From Planctomycetota bacterium (GTDB lineage Bacteria > Planctomycetota > PLA2 > JAEUHO01), in assembly GCA_965223505.1 (NCBI GenBank), contig CBDCWP010000044.1:160001-224000 (forward strand): 64,000 bases of DNA. The letters run 5' to 3'. Shown here piece after piece: positions 63,017 through 64,000 of this stretch (positions are counted from its first letter, which is position 1; each line of letters starts with the position of its first letter). A program made the translations under genes and the position numbers. The notes under the pieces were generated by a model. That model worked only from the letters and a program-made list of their open reading frames with translations, made no database searches and was not told the origin of the DNA.

Positions 63017-63848
63017 GTGTGTGTCTCCCGGCGCCCGGCGTGTCCATTGCCGCCGCCGTACGGGCCAACATGCGTTCCACGGTTTCGAACAAGCTCGACC
63101 AACCCCCGCCGGACGTGCTCCAGTCGGGATGGGTCTCGAACTTCGACTCGATCGTCGCCCGCAAGCGCGTCATCGCCGACTGCAGCAGTCGCGTGACCCG
63201 TGGGGGGCTCACGTTCATCGCGCTTGCGATCTCGGTCTGCGGCAGCCGGTGGCAGTACTTCAAGACGACCGCCTGCAGCTCGCGTCGTGTCAGGCCCGAC
63301 CAGGCGTCCTCGAGGGCCGCCCCGAGTCGTTCCGCCGTCTCGGACTGCGCGACGCGGACCGCCGGATCCCGATGTTCGGGGGCCGCGTGGTGTTCCGCGA
63401 CGGCGGCATCGGTCGTGGTCGCGCGCGCACGCCAGCGATCCGTGAGCCGGCGCCAGACCACGGTCGCGAGCCACGCATACAGCGAGCCGCGGCCGTCGTA
63501 CGTGCCGATGCGGGTCGCCGCGCCGCCGCGTGGCGGCGGCGCCGCCAGCGCGCCCCACGTCTCGTCGAGCAGCTGATCGGCCTCGCCGCGTGCCGCGCCG
63601 CGCTTGCGAAGGAACGCTCGCAGCGGCCGCTGGAATCGGGCCTGCAGCCGCTCCCACGAACCCGCGAGACCGGCGTTGCATGCACGTGCGAGGTAGTAGT
63701 CGGCCGCGGCCCGCGGCGGCCGGTCGCGTCCGAACTCGACGAAGTCCTCGAACGGCAGCTCTACACGGGGATGCTCGCGGCGGCCGGCCGCGTACGCCTG
63801 GCGGAGCGGTGCGTTCTCGGGCGGTTTCACGCGCGCGACTGCTTCCAT
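63009..63848 (-). CDS. ECF RNA polymerase sigma-70 factor
   Basis: YDGRGSLYAWLATV (region 2); LTRRELQAVVLKY...QTEIASAMNVS..RV.R.L (region 4). Confidence 0.9.
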   Translation of the reverse strand: MEAVARVKPPENAPLRQAYAAGRREHPRVELPFEDFVEFGRDRPPRAAADYYLARACNAGLAGSWERLQARFQRPLRAFLRKRGAARGEADQLLDETWGALAAPPPRGGAATRIGTYDGRGSLYAWLATVVWRRLTDRWRARATTTDAAVAEHHAAPEHRDPAVRVAQSETAERLGAALEDAWSGLTRRELQAVVLKYCHRLPQTEIASAMNVSPPRVTRLLQSAMTRLRATIESKFETHPDWSTSGGGWSSLFETVERMLARTAAAMDTPGAGRHTHG

Positions 63849-64000
63849 TGGGGGGCCCCGGGCCGGATTGCTGCGGGCGCCGGATTGGTCGCCCTGCACT
63901 GTAGTCGGAGCCGATTGCCGGAATTGCCCCCCCAAAATTGGCGACCGGCTACACTCGGGCCATGTGGTCGAGAAGCCCTGCCCGGGTTCTCCTCGTAGCG

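Overview
GC-rich bacterial window, densely coding. It is most likely Planctomycetota, inferred from a DUF1592/DUF1552 pair, a DUF1570-type peptidase, a prenyltransferase-fold protein and many HEAT/VWA proteins. It holds about 50 genes, mostly exported or unknown proteins, and I see no rRNA, tRNA, CRISPR array or transposase. The main hidden signal is UGA recoding: four genes within about 12 kb are split by one in-frame TGA that the ORF track treats as a stop. Three have the TGA exactly at the first Cys of a redox CxxC motif: an exported TlpA-like redoxin (U-V-G-C, 17115-18203), an exported two-domain redoxin (U-P-G-C, 20981-22045) and an ArsC/Spx-like protein (U-S-D-C, 28709-29074). The fourth is a secretin-like protein (29085-30680) whose TGA lies inside a conserved repeat motif and is followed by a hairpin with the same spacing, making it a candidate new non-CxxC selenoprotein. 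Other points are an internally deleted phoX beside a Na/Pi transporter and phoU, a signal-peptide TPR-CHAT protease, an ECF sigma/anti-sigma/tandem lipoprotein cassette, and a palindromic operator on a near-leaderless DUF6502 gene. About 10 single-base frameshifts look like sequencing errors. All family assignments come from motif recognition by eye, not database searches.
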